Source of the DNA: an uncultured Gammaproteobacteria bacterium | Lineage (GTDB): Bacteria > Patescibacteriota > Microgenomatia > CAYXHB01 > CAZYTL01 | Length of the DNA: 64,000 nt | Reading direction: 5' to 3' | Assembly (NCBI GenBank): GCA_964650355.1 | Contig: CAZYTL010000005.1 | Location: 23,209-87,208 of the forward strand | In this document: positions 9,650-20,205 of the stretch, piece by piece | Numbering within the stretch: position 1 is the first letter of the stretch | How the letters are laid out: each line of letters starts with the position of its first letter | Position numbers and translations under genes: made by a program | Notes under the pieces: model-generated | What the model was told of the DNA's origin: nothing | The model's database searches: none | What the model saw: only the letters and a program-made list of their open reading frames with translations

Positions 9650-11743
9650 TTACAAGTTACTTATTATCTCTACCCAGTCCCAACTATTCACCTTTCCGTC
9701 TTGGTTCCCATCACCTACTCCGGTCAACCAGTTCGCTAACACTTCCCACCAGTTGATCGGTACCGGCGTCAATGTTGGTGTCATAACCATTTGCATTCCG
9801 CAAATTCGGTACTGACCCGCGCGCGACCATGTACCCCAATTGCCAATCTGATTAACCATCGCCTGCTCTGTTCTGAAACCATAATTATTCGCCAACAGCT
9901 GCTCTCCCTGACCCGAAGGAGTGACCCACACAGAATATGTATGGTCTTCAAAACTAGCGGCCAACCTTACCTTATAATTCAAATTCGGGCTAAAGGTAAT
10001 CACCTGATCAGACTGGTATATATCCCCATTTCTAACATCAAAATAACCATCGGGATTTAATCTGAATAACATCGCGTAATCTGCATAATAGCTACCCGCA
10101 TCTTTGGAAAACGCCACTAAACCTTCTACCTCCCCGGTTGCCTGATTATCCCGGGGTGTCACCTCAAACTCGGCGGTAAAATCGCTAGTCAAATTCTGTG
10201 ACAAAGCATAGTTATCCCACCCCGGATCTCCGCCGGAATTGCCAGTTCCTAATCCGCTACTCAAGTAACATCCTGGTTCTAGGGTCGGAGTTGGCGCACT
10301 GCTCACATACTCATACGCTCCGATGTCAAATCCCCCTCCCTGTGGTCGGCTTACCCTAGCGTAATCAAACGTAATTTTCTGGCTCGTCAGATTTACCCCC
10401 ACATCTATCGCTTTTGATCCTCTTGTTAATGAATAATCATCCCCGGAAGGATTATTAAAATTCAACCCGCTATTATTCAACTGGGTAATATTATGAGAAA
10501 CCGTCACCGGCGCACTTCCGTATTGCTTGATATAAGAGCCATTGCCCCATCCGCTATAGTTCCCGGGATTAATAATAATATTATTCTCAAATCTGAAATC
10601 AGCTCCTAAATCAGGCGCAAATTTTATCCCGAAATTATGGGGGTTGATAATCGTATTATTCCACACATAATCAGACCCATTGGCGTTTTCCTCAAACTTC
10701 CAAATGGTAATTCCGTTTCCTTCGTTATTCCCCGTCGTTTTATTCACCCCCGCATTAATAATTACGTTGTTATAAACTCTATTCCCCCTATTCGCAAAAA
10801 TACTGATCCCTGTAGCTCCGGCATCCTTCACCCAGTTATTGTACAGGTCACACTCGCTACCTGTTTTAATATCCCAACCCACTTCCTGATACAACCTTTT
10901 TTTCAAACCCGTCGCTTCCGTATGATTTTGATAAACTTCACAATCCTCAACCGCCGAGCCTACTCCTCCTCCGTCCCAGCCGGTATTCTTTATCGTGTTA
11001 TTAAAAACCCTCACCCTTCTCAATACCGGCTCATATACCCGCTCATTTCCGCTATTGCAGCTTAACACCACCCCGGTACCATAAAAAGACCCTCCGATAT
11101 ATAATGCCTCTGCCCCTACGTCATGAATATAATTATCGTGCACTCGGGTATCATATTGTGTGAAGTTGCTGCGATTCACCACGTCGTCCTTATCATTTCC
11201 CGTAATCCCGTCATTGTCATAATCATAAGCTTTCCAGTCAGCCGTTGACCCGTCTGAGCACACCGGTTCAGTTTTTGTTGTTATTCCCTGCCCATCTGCT
11301 CCTGAAATCTCCACGTGATCTATCTCCAGATAACTGCTTTTATGTCCTGCATTAATCCCCACTCCGGCTGATCTGTTGATCTTAATTCCGTATTGATATC
11401 CACTCACCCCGCTCCCGGTAATCCGAATGTGCTGACTATTATGTACAGCTATCCCGTTTGAACCGCTACTGCTAATCATTACTTGCCCGCCGGAATTAAT
11501 AAATGTAATCGGTGCGGTCGCCGTCCCTTTGAAATTTTTCAAATTCAATCCTCCTCGATTTCCCGCCGTAATGCACACGGTATCTCCGGGCCCCACACCT
11601 GCATAATCGGTCCTCCCGTCAGCCGTCGTTCGACTGGTGGAAATCGTAAAATCGCAACTCACGGCCCCATAAACCACCCTCGGCATTATCAATCCACCCA
11701 TCGTCACTATAACGACCAACCCAATTAACCACCGTTTCCTCAT
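9650..11743 (-). CDS. Secreted beta-helix family protein with unknown C-terminal domain and dockerin-like tail.
   Basis: 697 aa. It has a signal peptide, an AVSCDFTISTS N-domain and helix rungs. The tail is INWWEVLANWLTGVGDGNQDGKVNSWDWVEIISNL. Confidence 0.8.
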   Translation of the reverse strand: MRKRWLIGLVVIVTMGGLIMPRVVYGAVSCDFTISTSRTTADGRTDYAGVGPGDTVCITAGNRGGLNLKNFKGTATAPITFINSGGQVMISSSGSNGIAVHNSQHIRITGSGVSGYQYGIKINRSAGVGINAGHKSSYLEIDHVEISGADGQGITTKTEPVCSDGSTADWKAYDYDNDGITGNDKDDVVNRSNFTQYDTRVHDNYIHDVGAEALYIGGSFYGTGVVLSCNSGNERVYEPVLRRVRVFNNTIKNTGWDGGGVGSAVEDCEVYQNHTEATGLKKRLYQEVGWDIKTGSECDLYNNWVKDAGATGISIFANRGNRVYNNVIINAGVNKTTGNNEGNGITIWKFEENANGSDYVWNNTIINPHNFGIKFAPDLGADFRFENNIIINPGNYSGWGNGSYIKQYGSAPVTVSHNITQLNNSGLNFNNPSGDDYSLTRGSKAIDVGVNLTSQKITFDYARVSRPQGGGFDIGAYEYVSSAPTPTLEPGCYLSSGLGTGNSGGDPGWDNYALSQNLTSDFTAEFEVTPRDNQATGEVEGLVAFSKDAGSYYADYAMLFRLNPDGYFDVRNGDIYQSDQVITFSPNLNYKVRLAASFEDHTYSVWVTPSGQGEQLLANNYGFRTEQAMVNQIGNWGTWSRAGQYRICGMQMVMTPTLTPVPINWWEVLANWLTGVGDGNQDGKVNSWDWVEIISNL

Positions 11744-11800
11744 ACATTCACTCTACCACAGCCCAGGGATCACATAACACAAATCACGTAGCTAATAACT
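11744..11800 (-). promoter_or_regulatory. Family promoter (TGGTAGAGTGAATGT-ATG) with two ATCACRTARC sites.
   Basis: cat|acattcactctaccacagcccagggatcacataacacaaatcacgtagc. Confidence 0.5.
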
Positions 11801-12380
11801 TTTAAAATAAAAAACAAATAAGTAAAGCCCTAAAATAAATATTCCTTCCTACCTATGGTTCCATCAGAGTATTTATCAATAATTATTTAATGCTTATAAA
11901 GTTTATAATATTAATATTATTATATTTTAACTATATAAATTTTTCATCTAAATATAGCACTTAATTATAACAAGATATAAGTAACCTGCAATTAAAATCT
12001 GGATAATTCGTCAATTTGGTTGACAATAGAGACTCGTAACCAGTTCAAAATTCGACAAATATCGCACATATTTATATAAAATTGTTACAAATAAATTATA
12101 AATTTTTAATACAATGCGTAAGCAATCTTCAAATATATGAATATTTCTACATAAAACAGGGTTTTTAAACAATAAAATATAAACCATCTATTATGCTAAA
12201 CTAGATAAACGTATATAGATAATAACATCATGAATCCCTGATCAACACAACTGAGAATGAATAGTTTGCTTACCTTTTGTGTGTAGTTCACAACGCGAAC
12301 ATCCAAACATGGAAACATCAACGTCAATCCATGGTTAAGAATGGTTGACTTATCAGATTTGATCTGTTACCCTTACATCA
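11790..12380. other. Roughly 600 bp strongly AT-rich non-coding stretch forming the left flank of the foreign cassette.
   Basis: Long A/T runs such as ataatattaatattattatatttt, with no ORF. It is the only such stretch in the array. It contains a ttgaca hexamer (near 12023) but no convincing -10. Confidence 0.6.
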
Positions 12381-12381
12381 T

Positions 12382-12777
12382 ATGAAAACCGATCCATTAA
12401 ACGCTTTGATATCAAATGATGCAAGAGCCACAGATAGGCAGAAACTCGCGGACCTTCTCACCCCTTATGTAGTAATAGATCAAAAATCACAAGAGTTCGG
12501 CTTTAAAGAAGCCTTCGAGGAGCTAGACAACGACACCAAAATTGAAATCTTTCTTGCAAGTATAAAGGCTCGTGCATTATTATTTGGCGTTACTGACGGG
12601 TCACGTCCTACAGAACTGATTTCCCTTGGAATTATGCCAGAGGGCAGCGTAAAGACCAGCCTCAAGCGCTTATTTGAAAACCGAAAAATAAAGAAAGGGA
12701 ATGACGGTAACTATTTTCTCCCTGCTTACCGTATCCTCGAACTATCTAAACGTCTTGTTACTAAACAACCAAAATAA
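12382..12777 (+). CDS. Hypothetical protein. First gene of a 4-gene foreign cassette. Possible winged-helix C-terminus.
   Basis: 131 aa. Tightly packed with the next gene (stop 12777, next start 12781). Composition is balanced in G and C, unlike its neighbours. Confidence 0.55.
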   Translation: MKTDPLNALISNDARATDRQKLADLLTPYVVIDQKSQEFGFKEAFEELDNDTKIEIFLASIKARALLFGVTDGSRPTELISLGIMPEGSVKTSLKRLFENRKIKKGNDGNYFLPAYRILELSKRLVTKQPK

Positions 12778-12780
12778 ATT

Positions 12781-13173
12781 ATGGATTCAAAACGAATTGA
12801 CGAACTTGAAAAAAGAGTGGAGAAGCTTGAACGGCTCCTACTCACTCCAGATCCAAAACCAACTAAGACCAAAAAAATGTCCCCGAAGGAATTTCTGCTC
12901 ACTAAAAGCGTAAAGTTTAGCATGCAGAAGGTCCTTGTACTCGGATATTACCTCGAACACATGGAAGGAATAGAATCATTCAATGTAATGGATCTTGAAT
13001 CAATATTCCGGGCTGCGAAGGAAAAACTACCTAAAAATATAAATGATATGGTTAACAAAAACGTCGCCCGCGGACTTATTGACGAAGCCAAGAGCCAAAA
13101 AGACTCTAAAAAAGCATGGTATCTAACCTCTACAGGAGAGAACTTGGTAGAAAATGAATTAAATCTAAACTAA
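12781..13173 (+). CDS. Hypothetical protein. Cassette gene 2. Coiled-coil N-terminus and possible winged-helix C-terminus (KAWYLTSTGENLV).
   Basis: 130 aa, with IDELEKRVEKLERLL. Confidence 0.55.
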   Translation: MDSKRIDELEKRVEKLERLLLTPDPKPTKTKKMSPKEFLLTKSVKFSMQKVLVLGYYLEHMEGIESFNVMDLESIFRAAKEKLPKNINDMVNKNVARGLIDEAKSQKDSKKAWYLTSTGENLVENELNLN

Positions 13174-13177
13174 CAAT

Positions 13178-13720
13178 ATGTCAAATAATTCATCGGTAGA
13201 ATTAACGGGAAAAATAGTAGAATTACTTTCGCCCTTAGAATCAGAAGAAAGACTGCGAATCATCGACGCCTCATTAATATTGCTTGGCGAGAAGCCAGCT
13301 GGGGCTGGAAAAAGCAAATATCTCCCTGATAGAGATGATGTTGCTATACTTCCGCAACGCGCACGCTTATGGATAGAGCAAAATAAAATCAAAGTGGAGC
13401 AAATTCAGCAAATATTCCAATTGGGCGATGCCGCTTTTGAAGTCATTGCATCACCCATTCCAGGGAAATCTACAAAGGATCAAACTTTAAATACTTATAT
13501 ACTCACTGGGATTGGTAATCTTCTCATAACAGGAGAGCCTTCCTTCCCGGATAATCAGGCACGTTCGTTGTGTAAAAATTCTGGTTGCTATGACAGTGCG
13601 AATCATTCTGCATATCTAAAAAATAGAGGGAATGTATTCACTGGTAACAAAAAGACCGGTTGGTCACTTACCGGTCCAGGACTTAAACTCGGCGCTGAAC
13701 TTATAAAGGAATTAAACTAA
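13178..13720 (+). CDS. Hypothetical protein. Cassette gene 3.
   Basis: 180 aa. No motif recognised. Confidence 0.5.
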   Translation: MSNNSSVELTGKIVELLSPLESEERLRIIDASLILLGEKPAGAGKSKYLPDRDDVAILPQRARLWIEQNKIKVEQIQQIFQLGDAAFEVIASPIPGKSTKDQTLNTYILTGIGNLLITGEPSFPDNQARSLCKNSGCYDSANHSAYLKNRGNVFTGNKKTGWSLTGPGLKLGAELIKELN

Positions 13721-13723
13721 TAC

Positions 13724-14506
13724 ATGCCTGACCCTAACAAAATATTAATCAACATACCAAGGGGTTTGCGTGAACCACTATTAGAGAGCTATCAAGAAAT
13801 CTCTCGGAATTACACCGAACATCGCTGGGAACCTTCAGAATTAAATGGGGGGAAATTCTCAGAAGCAGTCTATTCGATTATTGATGGAAGTATCAACGGT
13901 TCATTCGCTATAAAACCTTCGAAACCGAAAAATATGGTTAAAGCATGTCGCGATCTTGAAAATCTTCCTGCTAATCCAAACCGTGTTGGTGACAGAAGTC
14001 TACGCATCCTCATTCCACGTTTATTAATAAGTCTCTACGAAATACGGAGTAACAGAAACGTGGGGCATCTAGGTGGTGATGTTGATCCAAATTTTATGGA
14101 TGCTACGGCCGTTTTTAGTATAGCGAACTGGGTACTAGCAGAACTTATACGTATTTTCCATTCAATTTCAACAACAGAAGCTCGAGTAATTGTCAACGGG
14201 ATTGTGGAACGTAAACATCCACTCATTTGGGATGTTGGGAGTGTCAGACGAGTCTTAGACCCCAAGATGAGTAAAAAAGACCAAGCATTATTCCTTTTAT
14301 ATTCCAAGCCTGGATGGGTTACTGAAAAGGATCTTTTTCAATGGGTTGAATACAGCAATTCAAGTATATTTCGTAAATACATACTCATCCCATTACACAA
14401 TATCCGGTTGGTTGAGTATGACCAGTCTCAGGGCCAAGTGCGCATCTCTCCACTTGGTAGCGAATATATAGAGGATAGAATTTTAAAAACACGCACCCAA
14501 TCATGA
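13724..14506 (+). CDS. Hypothetical protein. Cassette gene 4. Possible HEPN-like R-x(4-6)-H motif (RSNRNVGH).
   Basis: 260 aa. The start is 4 nt after the stop of gene 3. Confidence 0.5.
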   Translation: MPDPNKILINIPRGLREPLLESYQEISRNYTEHRWEPSELNGGKFSEAVYSIIDGSINGSFAIKPSKPKNMVKACRDLENLPANPNRVGDRSLRILIPRLLISLYEIRSNRNVGHLGGDVDPNFMDATAVFSIANWVLAELIRIFHSISTTEARVIVNGIVERKHPLIWDVGSVRRVLDPKMSKKDQALFLLYSKPGWVTEKDLFQWVEYSNSSIFRKYILIPLHNIRLVEYDQSQGQVRISPLGSEYIEDRILKTRTQS

Positions 14507-14603
14507 GAGGAACCAGAATCTAAAGCCCAACGACTATGGTTAAGCCGCTTTCGACGCAAGCTCACCTAAGGATTTTTAGCTACTATTCTACTATTACAGA
14601 CTG

Positions 14604-16622
14604 CTACAGGCTACTGATTACATTCGCCCAGTCCCAACTATTCACTTTCCCGTCTCCATTCTGATCTCCTTTGTTACTAAACCATTTCGCCAATAAATAC
14701 TTAAAGTCTCTCACCCGGTATCTTACCTGATCACTAATCACCATCTCCCCAAACGCTGTCGAATCGTTCGCCGGCTTACTCTCCCTCAATGGAAACCATA
14801 ATAAATAATTGTCCCTGCTCCCCCAATCGTCATCATCATTGATCCCTAAGTCAAACCCGATTGTCTGATTCACGGGCACGCTACTTTGCCCCAAATTGGG
14901 ATCCCAAGGTATGGCCACTTCTATCACATACCCATCGCTGCTGGTAGTCACCGCGTGCTCCACATCAATCGTGCCACTAATCGCCCCATGCTCCGCTATC
15001 CGGTTTTGTAGATCAATCGTATATTGGTGGTCATTCCCATCATAACCAACCTGTCCGTCCCTGTCCCCATCCACAAATATCTCCACCCCGTCATCATCCC
15101 ATATATTAGCCGACTCATTACTCACCAAGACATCATCCGTTACCTTCACCCCTACATATAAATATTGCCCATCCCATGCTGTCTGCCACCTCCCGCTCAC
15201 ATCACTCGCCGGCTCATTCACCAAGGCATATCCAAAAGCCCCTTCGTTTACTGGTATCCCTTCCCAGTCGCTTAAATCACCGTCTATCACCATCGGGGCT
15301 ACCACCCGCACTGCTTCCACCGGCACAATCGGAATTACCTCACTTCGGTACTCAAAAGCTCCCAAGTCGGTTTTTCCGCCCTGAGGCCGCAGCACATCAT
15401 CATAATCAAATAATGGGAAAACACCAGTATTCCTGCCTTTATCAATCGCCACACTTGATTGCGCCGTTAACCGATAATTGTCAGCACTAGAATTAACAAA
15501 ATTCACAGAAGCCACCGACCCTCTGTAGTTATTACTGGCATTCCCCTGGATAGAAGTATTTCCTCCCACCACCAAATTATCAAAAATTTGGCTCCCTGAG
15601 GCAACAATCCCCCCCTTCACGCTATTAACTATCGTATTATTATAAACTACGCTCAATCCATAATCGAGAATCCTCACGCTGTCCGTTTTCGATCCTATCA
15701 CTACATTATTGTAAATTCGAGTTTTTTCTGATGTAGATACCCGCCCGTTGGCAATTCCGGTATCCCAAGAATTAATCACCAAGTTATTGTATACGTCGCC
15801 GGAGGCATCTGCTAATTTAATCCCCCCTTCAAGTACATGTTGCACTTGACCATTTAACAAACCCGTATCTTTGACAATATTATGATGCACTTTGACATTT
15901 TTAGCCATCTTAATATTAATTCCATCAAAACCGCTTCGCTCTACCAAATTAGAGCTTACCTCTGCTCCGTCAATATAGCCAAGTTCACTTTCCGGCTGCC
16001 CTGGCGGTGGATCTGTCCCTAAATAAATTGCCTCATGGTCGATATTTAAAAAATGATTATGATGAACATAAACATCATATAAAGTTTTTTGGCCCCGAGC
16101 TTTAAAGGCTACACCACCCTGGTAAGGTAAATTAATAATATTATCCTTCATTGCTATATGATCAATTTCAAACCCATGCATATCTCTATATTCCTCCATC
16201 CATATCCCATTGTGCGCTCCGATTATTTGGATACCACAATCTTGACCTGCGCGCGAGTAATCCGAACCGCAATTGCTGGAAACTCCACTTCCCGAAATCC
16301 TTAAATATGCACAATTATTCATTTTAATTCCAGCGCGATCTGTTCTGATCACCACCTGACCATCTTTATTGACAATTGTGATCCAAGAAGAAGCAGTTCC
16401 TTTTATATTCTGGAACGTTAACGGACCTCGATCTCCGGCTGCCAGACAAATTGTATCTCCTGGTTTCACAGAGGAATAGTTTGATTGTTCATCTTGTCCG
16501 TCCACCGTACTCACACTCAAAGGTACAATAAAATCACAACTCGGCGCTCCGTGAACCACTTCCGGAACCATCAACCATGCTGCTATCTCAAATACAAATA
16601 ACCCAATCCATCTTCCTCTCAT
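14604..16622 (-). CDS. Secreted beta-helix family protein with CBM9-like module and dockerin-like tail.
   Basis: 672 aa. The CBM9-like block is almost identical to that of 275..2425 (MVIDGDLSDWEGIPVNEGAFGYALVNEPASDVSG). The tail is LLAKWFSNKGDQNGDGKVNSWDWANVISSL. Confidence 0.8.
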   Translation of the reverse strand: MRGRWIGLFVFEIAAWLMVPEVVHGAPSCDFIVPLSVSTVDGQDEQSNYSSVKPGDTICLAAGDRGPLTFQNIKGTASSWITIVNKDGQVVIRTDRAGIKMNNCAYLRISGSGVSSNCGSDYSRAGQDCGIQIIGAHNGIWMEEYRDMHGFEIDHIAMKDNIINLPYQGGVAFKARGQKTLYDVYVHHNHFLNIDHEAIYLGTDPPPGQPESELGYIDGAEVSSNLVERSGFDGINIKMAKNVKVHHNIVKDTGLLNGQVQHVLEGGIKLADASGDVYNNLVINSWDTGIANGRVSTSEKTRIYNNVVIGSKTDSVRILDYGLSVVYNNTIVNSVKGGIVASGSQIFDNLVVGGNTSIQGNASNNYRGSVASVNFVNSSADNYRLTAQSSVAIDKGRNTGVFPLFDYDDVLRPQGGKTDLGAFEYRSEVIPIVPVEAVRVVAPMVIDGDLSDWEGIPVNEGAFGYALVNEPASDVSGRWQTAWDGQYLYVGVKVTDDVLVSNESANIWDDDGVEIFVDGDRDGQVGYDGNDHQYTIDLQNRIAEHGAISGTIDVEHAVTTSSDGYVIEVAIPWDPNLGQSSVPVNQTIGFDLGINDDDDWGSRDNYLLWFPLRESKPANDSTAFGEMVISDQVRYRVRDFKYLLAKWFSNKGDQNGDGKVNSWDWANVISSL

Positions 16623-16692
16623 ACCTTCACTCTATCACACCCTATTTCATGTTATAAACCAATCTAAGCTTTCGGATTCACCCATCCAACAA

Positions 16693-18231
16693 TTAATACC
16701 CCGGCGGATAACCACTCCAAATTTCAAAATCATCATAATATAAATCAGTCCCGGCATCCCCTTGAGTCGCGAGTCTAACCAGGTAATCCGGGTCATGGTA
16801 TAACTTAAACATCATCTGGTCATGAAGCTTTTGGTCATGCTTTGTTTGACCGGTAAAATTAGCCACAATCTGACGCGGATACCCATCTCTTTTAATTGCC
16901 ACATAAAACACCCCATCGGTTTCATCATATTTAAAAAATATTTCCATAGTGAACCACTCTCCAAACGGCACCGCCACCTGACAATACTCCGCCACATTGC
17001 AGTTATACCAATTGTTAATCCCTTCTGGCCGCTGTTTTACTACTCTGAAGTTCCAGAAGTTCCGATTTTGTTTTTTTTCAAGCTGGATCGCATATCGGGT
17101 ATTTTCTCCCCCTGCAAAAAGTTCCGGTTCCCAAGCATGCGATTCCCAAATCATAAACCACGCTGCTGACTCAGAATACGAATACAGATTTTTGATCTTC
17201 TCAGGAATATAAATCCGAAAACGATAAAATTGTTGGTTAAAAAGATTGGGCTCGCCGTCGTCCTGCCAAGCTGTATTGGCAACCTGTTTTAATGTCCACT
17301 GTGATCGACTAACATTCCCGACTGCACCCCGGTTATAAAGATGTAAAACATGATTATTAATATTCTTTGGATCCCTGCTAATTTTCCAACCACCTCCCTC
17401 AGCATAATAACTTTGATATTTTGCCCAAGGCACGTTCTGCTTAATATTATCCCAATTATTAATTCCGGAAGGCATACTTTTATCAATCCCATGAATTCCT
17501 GACCATGACAAATAAGAATCCGCTTCAAACCCGGACTTAAACTGCAGTTTCCCCCCGGTCATTGGTGTTGGTGTAGGACTGACCATCGGAGTCGGAGTCA
17601 ATGTGGGAATGGCCATTAAACTGACAAAGTCCAAAGAGTTCGTCTGTCCGTCATCTGTCATCTCTCCGGTCCAACTCAACCACCCTGCTAATATCCGTTT
17701 CAGTTGATCACCTAAACTCAATGGTAAAGCATATATATCCACCTCAGTTAAACTATTCCAGTCATATACCTGGTTATTGACCAAAGCTTGATGTCCCAAG
17801 TACCTAACATATCTGGCATCGGTATCCGTAAAATCATACACCTCTTGAGTGCTGGTCGTACCGCTACTCTCTCCATTCCAAACCGTGGTCCAATTCGCAC
17901 CGTCAAGTGACGTTTGTAACTCAAACAGATTCTTCCTGTTGGCGCCCTCATACACCCCGATTGTTACATACGTAATTGTTCTCATCATTCCCAAATCATA
18001 CTTTATCCATTGTCCGTCTCCACTAGCTGACCACCGGGTACTTGAATCATTATCCACCGTGTTAGCTGGAATATTACTGCCATCATTGCTGCTGGCTGTG
18101 ACTTTATCTGGCAATGGAGTTACTTCTTCACTTTCTGCTGCCCATAACCTTGATCCTCCGAAAATCAACCACCCTAGACCAATACAAACCGTTAGTATAA
18201 CCAAACGAAACGATAGCTTCTTTCTCCACAT
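16693..18231 (-). CDS. Secreted protein with reversed module order: N-terminal discoidin domain, internal dockerin-like segment, PT linker, then a C-terminal jelly-roll putative polysaccharide-lyase-like domain.
   Basis: 512 aa. The discoidin block NTVDNDSSTRWSASGDGQWIKYDLG is nearly identical to the domain in 2718..4679. The internal segment is ILAGWLSWTGEMTDDGQTNSLDFVSLMA. The C-terminus ends YDDFEIWSGYPPGY. Confidence 0.7.
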   Translation of the reverse strand: MWRKKLSFRLVILTVCIGLGWLIFGGSRLWAAESEEVTPLPDKVTASSNDGSNIPANTVDNDSSTRWSASGDGQWIKYDLGMMRTITYVTIGVYEGANRKNLFELQTSLDGANWTTVWNGESSGTTSTQEVYDFTDTDARYVRYLGHQALVNNQVYDWNSLTEVDIYALPLSLGDQLKRILAGWLSWTGEMTDDGQTNSLDFVSLMAIPTLTPTPMVSPTPTPMTGGKLQFKSGFEADSYLSWSGIHGIDKSMPSGINNWDNIKQNVPWAKYQSYYAEGGGWKISRDPKNINNHVLHLYNRGAVGNVSRSQWTLKQVANTAWQDDGEPNLFNQQFYRFRIYIPEKIKNLYSYSESAAWFMIWESHAWEPELFAGGENTRYAIQLEKKQNRNFWNFRVVKQRPEGINNWYNCNVAEYCQVAVPFGEWFTMEIFFKYDETDGVFYVAIKRDGYPRQIVANFTGQTKHDQKLHDQMMFKLYHDPDYLVRLATQGDAGTDLYYDDFEIWSGYPPGY

Positions 18232-18290
18232 ACACTCACTCTACCACAGCTCACAGGTCACGTAACACGTAACATAGAATATAGAGCAGG
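18232..18290 (-). promoter_or_regulatory. Family promoter with tandem GTCACGTAAC-ACGTAACA sites.
   Basis: cat|acactcactctaccacagctcacaggtcacgtaacacgtaacatag. Confidence 0.5.
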
Positions 18291-18441
18291 AGACAAGAGG
18301 ACATAAAGCATGAAGCAAGAAAACATAGAACATAAAAACAAAAAACAGAAAGCCACAGAAATATAGAAGCGATGTAATTACTTAATTACAACAAAGAACC
18401 AAACTCTTACATTCTATATTCTAAATTCTACCTCCTACTTT

Positions 18442-20118
18442 CTAATTACTCATCAACCCTACCCAATCCCAACTATTCACCTTCCCGTCATTACCACTTC
18501 CCAACCCAAAATCATCCTTTCCCCAACCAACCAATAACATCTTCGACAATGGATACTGTAACTCTCCTACTTTCACCAACCGTACCGCGTCAGCAATCAC
18601 GTTCTGTCCTACCACGTCATCGCTCACACCGATTTTCCCATTTTTAATAAAAGCATATTCCCCCAACAAATTCCATTGCCCGCCGTTATACCTCTGGTCA
18701 ACCCGTACCGTACTTTTGTTATTGAAAGTTTCGATTGTGTAAGGCACCTGGCTGGGACGTGCATGTGGACCATCACTCACCGCCCACCACCAGGCATAGA
18801 CATCATATACACCTGGCTTCGGAACAGAGAAACTCCAGGTCGCCGTATCCCCGTTCCCTGCCTCCAAATTATAATAATGCGACCCATTATAGTGCTGGCC
18901 GTCAAGCGTACCCGTCACCGGATACCTTACCCAGTCATCTCCTCCCGGAGCCTTAAAACGATTAAAGCCTTGATCTTCATTATCAATGATGACTTCATTG
19001 GGATTAGGTGTGGGTGTTGCTTGGTCCTGAGTAACCATCGGACCAATATATTGGGTTGCAATCACCACATTGTCATCCCATGATTTTTGGTCCTGATAGG
19101 CGGTCCATTCACCACCGAAATAAGCATTTAAATCAAAGTCATTAATTTTAAGATCGTTAGTATCGCGAAAATGCAACCCTGTATAATGCCCTTTTAATTC
19201 TCCATTAAGCCACATTTTAATTTCTCCGTTATTTACTCCGGCATCATTGGCTTTCAGCATAATTTCAAAACAATTCCACTCACCTGTCTTCAATATTTTT
19301 ACCCCTCCAACGTTCTGCGGCAGACTATCACCAAAGTCGTTGATTTGCTCGGGATTGTATGTATAAAATTGTGTCTCAAAGCCATTGGGATCATCCCAAG
19401 CTTGCCAATTCTGCAATTTCAAAGAAAAAGCATTATAACCTGTCGGCCTCCCTCCGTAATAACCTCTCGGGCCTCGAGCATAAAGCCCATTGGCTTTAGT
19501 TGCCGCGTGAGTTTTTAAACTCCCATCAGGCAAATACCCCCAAAACTTATACCCTGGCTCAAACTTCCGGTACCACCTCAAATAAAGTCTATCGTGAGCC
19601 TCTATCGTAAAATTATACGGAAAAGGATAATGGAAATATTTAGTATTTGCTCGCTCCAAACTGCCGTTACCCGTCAAAATTCCCCCCGTATTAGTCGTAT
19701 TCCAACTATTACCATTGGGGTATGAGTAATTTCGATCACAGTACTTACAATCAATTAAACATTGCCCGGAAATACCGTCAAAAGCCGTATCCAGAGTAAA
19801 TCCGGTATAATTTCGTAAATCTGAATTTGCAATACAACTTGGATTACATGGCATGCAGCGAGCAAAATACTCTGGTCCGGGCATATAAAAACCAGTACCA
19901 AACTCTGCCGCCGCCCAATCCGATCGTTCAAACCCTATAAAATGAATCACCGCCGGATCATCTTTAATTCCCTGGTCATAAGGATACTTGGCAGCAATTC
20001 CATACTCCACATTTTGAGCCTTTACTCCACCTGCACCCAATATCACTGCGGTTCCCAACAAAACAATTAATAATAAAACTTTCGACCAATTTACCATCAT
20101 CCTTCGTTTTCTCCTCAT
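18442..20118 (-). CDS. Secreted protein with jelly-roll putative polysaccharide-lyase/hydrolase domain, beta-sandwich carbohydrate-binding-like module and dockerin-like tail.
   Basis: 558 aa with a signal peptide. The CBD block is DTATWSFSVPKPGVYDVYAWWW...IADAVRLV. The tail is LLVGWGKDDFGLGSGNDGKVNSWDWVGLMSN. Confidence 0.7.
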   Translation of the reverse strand: MRRKRRMMVNWSKVLLLIVLLGTAVILGAGGVKAQNVEYGIAAKYPYDQGIKDDPAVIHFIGFERSDWAAAEFGTGFYMPGPEYFARCMPCNPSCIANSDLRNYTGFTLDTAFDGISGQCLIDCKYCDRNYSYPNGNSWNTTNTGGILTGNGSLERANTKYFHYPFPYNFTIEAHDRLYLRWYRKFEPGYKFWGYLPDGSLKTHAATKANGLYARGPRGYYGGRPTGYNAFSLKLQNWQAWDDPNGFETQFYTYNPEQINDFGDSLPQNVGGVKILKTGEWNCFEIMLKANDAGVNNGEIKMWLNGELKGHYTGLHFRDTNDLKINDFDLNAYFGGEWTAYQDQKSWDDNVVIATQYIGPMVTQDQATPTPNPNEVIIDNEDQGFNRFKAPGGDDWVRYPVTGTLDGQHYNGSHYYNLEAGNGDTATWSFSVPKPGVYDVYAWWWAVSDGPHARPSQVPYTIETFNNKSTVRVDQRYNGGQWNLLGEYAFIKNGKIGVSDDVVGQNVIADAVRLVKVGELQYPLSKMLLVGWGKDDFGLGSGNDGKVNSWDWVGLMSN

Positions 20119-20205
20119 ACATCAACTCTATCACAGCTTAGACGTCACCTAGTCCGTAAATTCCATCCTCATCTTTCCTCCCAAATACGAATTACTGATT
20201 ACCGA

